From positions 1-10,974 of the forward strand of contig JAVVGL010000041.1 in assembly GCA_032249135.1 (NCBI GenBank): DNA of 10,974 bases. Reading direction: 5' to 3'. The position numbers and the translations under genes are program-made. Numbering within the stretch: the first letter of the stretch is position 1; the number at the start of each line of letters is the position of its first letter. Shown in pieces: positions 5,905 through 10,974 of the stretch. This DNA comes from Candidatus Calescibacterium sp. (GTDB lineage: Bacteria; Calescibacteriota; Calescibacteriia; Calescibacteriales; Calescibacteriaceae). The notes beneath the pieces are model-generated. The model made no database searches. It saw nothing but the letters and a program-made list of their open reading frames with translations, and was not told where the DNA came from.

Positions 5905-8676
5905 TTACGCTACAACATTTTTTCTTATCATTTGAAGAAATTCATCAATCCCTGAAACTGGAATTTTCATTCTACCATCTTTTGATTCAAGTTCAACATA
6001 ACTTAAATCTTTTGAGAAAATAGCAGAAAATATTCCAAGCTTTCTCATTATTGTTTTTAATTTCACTATCTTTACAAAATTTTCAAGTTCAGGGAAGGAA
6101 TCCTGTTTACCATCTGAGAATCTTTCAATTATTATATTTTTTATCTCATCAACATCTTGTTCATCCTCTGCCATTGAGAAAGCTCTGTAAAAAGACAATC
6201 TTATCAGTGGGTCAGGAATGAGCTCTTTTGGAATAAAAGCTGGTATATCTATTTCAACTTTTGGCTCAAAATAAACTTTTCTTTCTTCAATTTTACCTTT
6301 CATTTCTTCTATAACTTCTTGTAATATTTCAAGATAGACATCAAATCCAACAGAGTAAATATGACCAACTTGCTCCTTTCCGAAAAGATTTCCAGCTCCA
6401 CGCATTTCCAAATCTTTCAGAGATATTTGAAAACCTATACTTGATGTTTCCAAATTCACAGCGTCAAGAAAAATATCAAGTCTTTTTTTTGCTTTTTCAC
6501 CTAATTTTTCAGGCACAATTAAATAGCAGTACGCATCTTTTTCGCCCCTACCCACTCTACCTCTTATTTGATAAAGTTCGGAAAGTCCAAATAAATCAGC
6601 TCTATCTACAATTATAGTATTTGCAGATGGTATATCAATTCCAAGAGCAACAATTTTTGTTGCAATAAGAATCTTTATCTTCTCAACCATGAAAGCTAAA
6701 ACTATATTCTCTATTTCTTTTGGTCTCATCTTACCGTGAATTATCGCCACTGATTCATTCGGGAAAATTTTCTTCAAGCCTATAAGTATCTCCTCTTGAC
6801 CTGAAATATAAGGATAAACATATATAACCTGCCCTCCGCGAGAGAGTTCATATTCTATTACATCTTTTACCTTTGATTTATCAATGAGTGAAGTTATGAT
6901 TTTCCCTCTTGATGGGGGTTTTGTTTTTATAAAAGATATGTCTTTGAGACCAGATAAAGCCATTTTCAAAGTCCTCGGGATAGGAGTTGCAGTCAAAGAT
7001 ATAACATCGCAGGTTGCTCTTATACGAGATATTTTTTCCTTGTGGGAAACTCCAAATCTTTGCTCCTCATCTATTATAAGGAGACCAAGATCTCGGAAGC
7101 GAGATATTACATTTAGAACTTTATGAGTTCCAATAACAATATCAACGGAGCCATTTTTTATTCCTTCAATTATTTCTTTTTCCTTGCTCTTTGGAGTAAG
7201 GCGGGAGAGCATCTCAATTTTGAACGGCAAATCATATAATCTTTCCTTGAATCTCATGTAGTGTTGAAGTGCAAGGGGAGTTGTGGGACATACGAAAGCA
7301 ACTTGTTTCCCAGAATAAGCAACTATTGCAGCTGCTCTCAAAGCTACTTCAGTTTTCCCTACACCCGAATCTCCTACAATAATCCTATCTGCCGGGTAAT
7401 CTTTTTCACAAAGATCTTCAACAATATCGTCAATTGCTCTGAGTTGATCAAGAGTTTCCTCAAAAAAGAAAGTTTCTTTTACTCTGGCCAAAATCTCCTC
7501 AGCACCTTTATATGGCGGTCTCTTTATAGATTTTCTTATAGCTATCGCTCTCATGAAATCTGAAATCTGAGATTCTATAAATTGCTTTACTCTTTCTTTT
7601 CTTAAAGCAAAAGTTCTCCCGCCAATAGCATCAAGTGGTGGGTTATCAATTCCTACATATTTGTGAAGGCAAGAAATGTCTTCTGCCGGAATGTAGAGCA
7701 TTGCCTCATCTTTGTACTCTATTTTCAGAAATTCTCTGCCGTATTCTATGGTCGTACCTCTGAAAATTCCTATTCCATGTACCTTATGAACTACGTATGT
7801 TCCCTCTTTTAGTTCCTCATAAGACAGAGGAGGGAGTTTGGGTTTTATTTCTCTTTTTGCTTTTGGTGAAAGAATATCAAAGTGAAGCAAAGCAAGTTTT
7901 AAATCTGGTATTATAAAACCATATGGATAATTTTTAGCTCTCACTATTTTTTTTATTCCGAGCTTTTTTGCAGTCTGCTCTTCTGAAAAATCACGAACAA
8001 CAAAAATCAAATCATATTTTTCTGATAATTCTTTTATATCTTCAACTTTCTTTACGAACTCATGCGGATCAACAATGCGAAAATTTATATTCAAAGCAGA
8101 TTCAAAAATTTTCCCCTTTGAGTGTTCATGGCAAAGCTCACCAGAACAAAAACACAAAACTTCATCAAAAATGTCTAAAAGATAAACTTTTAAAACGGAA
8201 GAAAAAGAAGGAAAGGAAAAACTCCTTAATTTTTGTATACTATCGTCTGAGATGAAATATATTTTTTCAACTGTATCAAATAAAAATTCAACTCTCAATT
8301 TTTTTCCTCTCTCTAAAACAACCTCAAATACATCTCCAATACAAGAAAAATCCCTGCTTTCACGAGGATCATATTGGACTCGGAAATATCCGTTATTTGA
8401 AAGAAAATCTAAAAGTAAATTCGGCGAAATCTTCTTTCCTTCCTCAACAAGAAAATTAGAACCTGAAACCGAAATTTCCTGATACAACTTTTCCGAATTG
8501 CCGATAACAAATAATCCGGTATCCTGTGGTGAATCAGAAATTTTTAACCCAGCTAGGACGGAAGAACTCAAAAAAATCTTCCTTATATTTTCAGAGGGCA
8601 AAGAAATGAGAGCTCTTGATGGAAACTTCAAAATAAAAGGTAAAGATGAAAAATAAGATAAATTCAGAGCACTCAT
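5905..8676 (-). CDS. mfd: Transcription-repair coupling factor Mfd (N-terminally shortened, 923 aa)
   Basis: UvrB-like D2 segment (GYFRV...LRVEF), CarD/TRCF RID (GTYVVHKVHGIGIF), Q motif ETLDQ, Walker A GDSGVGKT, DEEQRFG, TATPIPRTL, LYQIRGRVGR, TRG motif DLEMRGAGNLFGKEQVGHI and a C-terminal TRCF domain. Confidence 0.95.
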   Translation of the reverse strand: MSALNLSYFSSLPFILKFPSRALISLPSENIRKIFLSSSVLAGLKISDSPQDTGLFVIGNSEKLYQEISVSGSNFLVEEGKKISPNLLLDFLSNNGYFRVQYDPRESRDFSCIGDVFEVVLERGKKLRVEFLFDTVEKIYFISDDSIQKLRSFSFPSFSSVLKVYLLDIFDEVLCFCSGELCHEHSKGKIFESALNINFRIVDPHEFVKKVEDIKELSEKYDLIFVVRDFSEEQTAKKLGIKKIVRAKNYPYGFIIPDLKLALLHFDILSPKAKREIKPKLPPLSYEELKEGTYVVHKVHGIGIFRGTTIEYGREFLKIEYKDEAMLYIPAEDISCLHKYVGIDNPPLDAIGGRTFALRKERVKQFIESQISDFMRAIAIRKSIKRPPYKGAEEILARVKETFFFEETLDQLRAIDDIVEDLCEKDYPADRIIVGDSGVGKTEVALRAAAIVAYSGKQVAFVCPTTPLALQHYMRFKERLYDLPFKIEMLSRLTPKSKEKEIIEGIKNGSVDIVIGTHKVLNVISRFRDLGLLIIDEEQRFGVSHKEKISRIRATCDVISLTATPIPRTLKMALSGLKDISFIKTKPPSRGKIITSLIDKSKVKDVIEYELSRGGQVIYVYPYISGQEEILIGLKKIFPNESVAIIHGKMRPKEIENIVLAFMVEKIKILIATKIVALGIDIPSANTIIVDRADLFGLSELYQIRGRVGRGEKDAYCYLIVPEKLGEKAKKRLDIFLDAVNLETSSIGFQISLKDLEMRGAGNLFGKEQVGHIYSVGFDVYLEILQEVIEEMKGKIEERKVYFEPKVEIDIPAFIPKELIPDPLIRLSFYRAFSMAEDEQDVDEIKNIIIERFSDGKQDSFPELENFVKIVKLKTIMRKLGIFSAIFSKDLSYVELESKDGRMKIPVSGIDEFLQMIRKNVVA

Positions 8677-9686
8677 TTTTTGGGAATTTTCTCTTTTTCC
8701 TCTCTCATCTTATCGTATCTTTCAAAGGCTTGGATTATTTTTGAAACAACAGGATGGCGCACAACATCTTGATGATTTAAATACACAAAAGCTATACCTT
8801 CAATTCCTCCAAGTATCTGATCTAAACCAGAGAGTCCTGATTTTTGTATATCTATCTGAGTCAAATCGGCTGTTAGAATCATTTTTGAGCCAAGCCCCAT
8901 TCTTGTGAGAGTCATTTTAACTTGGTCATAAGTTAGATTCTGAGCTTCATCAACTATTATGAAAGCATCAGAAATAGTCCTCCCTCTCATAAAGGCAATT
9001 GGAATAACTTCTAAAATTCCCCTCTCTATAAGTTTTGAAACTTCTCTGTAATCAAGAATATCATATAGGCAATCGTAAATAGGTCTCATAAAAGGGTCTA
9101 CCTTTTCAAGGATTCCACCCGGCAAATACCCTATTTTTTCTCCCGCTTCAACTGCCGGTCTTGTGAGAACCAATTTTGACACCCTTCCACTTTTGAGATA
9201 TTGAACAGCAACGGCAACAGCAAGATAAGTTTTTCCTGTTCCAGCAGGACCTATTACAAAGACCAAATCGTTTTCTTCTATCGCTTTAACATAGGAGATT
9301 TGATTTGGAGTTTTAGGTACAATTTTTTTTCCTCTATATGTTGTGATAATGACTAAATTTTCATTTGGTTTTTCATCTGATGTGTTGGCTACTCCCTCAC
9401 TCTCAATTTCCGGTTTTGCACTTTTTCTTTTTATCTCAAAGAGCTTTTCTTCAACATCCTTTTTGGAAATAGCAAAACCCTCCTTTATTTCCCTGTAAAG
9501 TTCCTTTATTGTTTTTTCAGCAATATCAACTGCCTCCCCCTCTCCCTTTATGAAAATTTTTGTACCACGTGAAGATACAGAGACTTTTAGCATCCTTGAT
9601 ATACTTTTGAGATTTTCTTCAAACTCTCCGGCAAGAATTTTTTGAACGTTTATATCGTCAAATTCCAATTCCTTGAACTTTTCCAT
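8673..9686 (-). CDS. phoH: PhoH-like ATPase (YbeZ/PhoL type, KH-like N-terminus)
   Basis: KTPNQ, GPAGTGKTYLA, LTRPAVEAGEKIGYLPG, FMRGRT, DEAQN, LTRMG, DLTQID and VRHPVV motifs. Confidence 0.96.
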   Translation of the reverse strand: MEKFKELEFDDINVQKILAGEFEENLKSISRMLKVSVSSRGTKIFIKGEGEAVDIAEKTIKELYREIKEGFAISKKDVEEKLFEIKRKSAKPEIESEGVANTSDEKPNENLVIITTYRGKKIVPKTPNQISYVKAIEENDLVFVIGPAGTGKTYLAVAVAVQYLKSGRVSKLVLTRPAVEAGEKIGYLPGGILEKVDPFMRPIYDCLYDILDYREVSKLIERGILEVIPIAFMRGRTISDAFIIVDEAQNLTYDQVKMTLTRMGLGSKMILTADLTQIDIQKSGLSGLDQILGGIEGIAFVYLNHQDVVRHPVVSKIIQAFERYDKMREEKEKIPKK

Positions 9687-9741
9687 AGGTCAAAAAAATT
9701 TAAAGCACTTCGAAACTTACTTCTTTTTTGTAATTACCAAT

Positions 9742-10345
9742 CTATTTTGAAAGATTAAAACTGCAAAGTTCTTGAAACATCCTTTCAAACTCTTCTTCCG
9801 AACATTTTCCATCTTTCACCCATACTACATCCTCTAACTTCACTCCTTTCCCAATTTTAACTCCTCCCACTACCGGTATAGCAGGAACTCCTATCTTCCT
9901 CAAAATCTCTGCCCTTCTTTTAGCTCTCTGGACATCCTCCCCAGATATTGTATATGAAACTTCTACTACTAAGACCAAAAATTTTTCCATCCTTCTCCCC
10001 ACCCCATAAAAGATCAGCTGATAAAACTTCATCCCTTTCTTCCTTTGATATTTGACCTTTCTTATAAGCTTCTGCAAGAATTTCCGCAGCTTCCTTTTCA
10101 TATGGTTTTCCCCTCAGAACCAACCTCCCAAAGATAGCATGCGCTCTATCCCGGTACCACCTCTCCCTATCTGATCCTTTCAAATACACTCCATCTTTCT
10201 CCAACCTATCTACTTTCTTTTCAAGTCTATCGAAATTTGGGAGTAAATTCAGGAGTTCTTCTGATAAAAGTAAAGCTCTTACCTCATCAGCAAATTCATC
10301 GTCTTCCCTCAATATCTTCAAAAATTTCCTTCTCCAGTTCCCCAT
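9742..10345 (-). pseudogene. Frameshifted coiled-coil + PD-(D/E)XK-like hypothetical gene (one gene split into ORFs 9920..10345 and 9742..10101)
   Basis: Removing one base from the A5T5 run at 9977..9986 joins ...VLSADLLWGGEKDGK to LVLVVEVSYTISGEDVQRAKRRAEILRKIGVPAIPVVGG and gives 200 aa. The D...VEVS...DVxRAxxRA..PVV.G pattern is one I recognise from hypothetical proteins of thermophilic bacteria. Confidence 0.75.
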
Positions 10346-10360
10346 GAAAATTATTTTAAA

Positions 10361-10390
10361 GCAAAATTTGATTTTAAAAACATATTTTGC
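10361..10390. repeat. 30-bp imperfect palindrome
   Basis: GCAAAATTTGATTTT|AAAAACATATTTTGC: 13 of 15 symmetric positions are complementary. Confidence 0.8.
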
Positions 10391-10406
10391 CTTGTCGCAA
10401 TCATCT

Positions 10407-10420
10407 GAAATTATAATTTC
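10407..10420. promoter_or_regulatory. Perfect 14-bp palindrome carrying a TATAAT (-10-like) hexamer on both strands
   Basis: GAAATTATAATTTC lies between two divergent genes. No well-spaced consensus -35 was seen. Confidence 0.45.
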
Positions 10421-10506
10421 TTTCCTTTAAATCTAAAAAAATCTAAAAAATTTTACAAAAATTTCACTTTAAGCACAAATCAATTATTACAATTATTTCA
10501 ATTCAC

Positions 10507-10974
10507 ATGTTCATAACTACATGTTTCAAGATTTTGGTAAGTAAAGAAGAGAAAGAACAGATTCTGAAACTTATGAGGAATTTCTCCTCTGCTGTAAGAT
10601 TTTCATATAAAAGACTTCTTGAAGGTTTCACCACTTCGCAGGCTTACGCAATAACAAGACAGAAATTCCCGGAACTCAATTCTCACTATGTAAATTGTGC
10701 AGTTGAGAAAGCAAGGGAGATTTTTCAAAGCTGCAAGGCAAGAGGACAAAATCCAAAAAAGCTCATTTTCGGTGGTAGAATTTTATTTGAAAAGCTCAAA
10801 AAAATCATTTGCAAGGAAAAAGATTAAAAGAACTCAAAAGAAAATGGAAAGAAAAAAGGCAGGGAACTTTGATAAGCATAGGCGCAAAGCACAAAACTCA
10901 CAAAGGTAACCTTAACCTCAGATTTATCCCTGCTGAAAAAGGTAAAAACAATCTTCTGTTAAGAATAGCTTTGA
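10507..10974 (+). mobile_element. tnpB: TnpB-related gene (IS200/IS605/IS607 accessory type), 5' part, frameshifted at an A7 run; runs off the right edge
   Basis: N-terminus LMRNFSSAVRFSYKRLLEG...LNSHYV..A...A...NPKKLIFGGRILFEKL. Adding one A at 10798..10804 continues NHLQGKRLKELKRKWKEKRQGTLISIGAKHKTHKGNLNLRFI, open to the edge, matching the FGG...W...R...GNxNLR pattern of this TnpB-related group. RuvC and zinc finger are outside the window; no tnpA upstream. Confidence 0.8.

Noticed and set aside
5751..8482. Plus-strand ORFs 5751..6023, 6884..7126, 7261..7563, 7968..8255 and 8252..8482
   Set aside because: Antisense to mfd or its downstream gene, with no recognisable motifs.
5905..8676. RecG instead of Mfd
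   Set aside because: The RID, D2 and C-terminal TRCF domains are present and there is no RecG wedge/OB domain.
10346..10506. CRISPR array or tRNA next to tnpB
   Set aside because: Repeats are 9-10 bp and adjacent with no unique spacers; no cloverleaf or T-loop motif was seen.
10697..10909. 70-aa plus-strand ORF as the continuation of tnpB
   Set aside because: Wrong frame; the family-like continuation (W..KRQG...GNLNLR) is in the third frame.

Overview
AT-rich bacterial chromosomal window, probably from a thermophile or deep-branching lineage (inferred from the FBP aldolase/phosphatase and the protein families present). Left to right: two tandem paralogous GT-C-fold (PMT/ArnT-like) membrane glycosyltransferase genes on the minus strand, the leftmost missed by the ORF track and cut by the window edge; fbp (class V FBP aldolase/phosphatase); a convergent Rrf2 regulator; a small membrane protein (possibly AtpI-like) and a probable exported hypothetical protein; a minus-strand phoH-mfd-hypothetical cluster whose last gene looks like a ribbon-helix-helix DNA-binding protein; a frameshifted coiled-coil/PD-(D/E)XK-like gene; and, divergent from it, the 5' part of a frameshifted TnpB-related gene with no tnpA upstream. 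I found no rRNA, tRNA or CRISPR array. No clearly new system is demonstrated. The best leads are the GT-C paralogs with a hypervariable Cys-bounded loop beside an identical DNA tract, the short Mfd with an altered UvrA-recruiting surface, and the TnpB locus with its palindrome-rich upstream region. All family calls come from motif recognition by eye, not from database searches.
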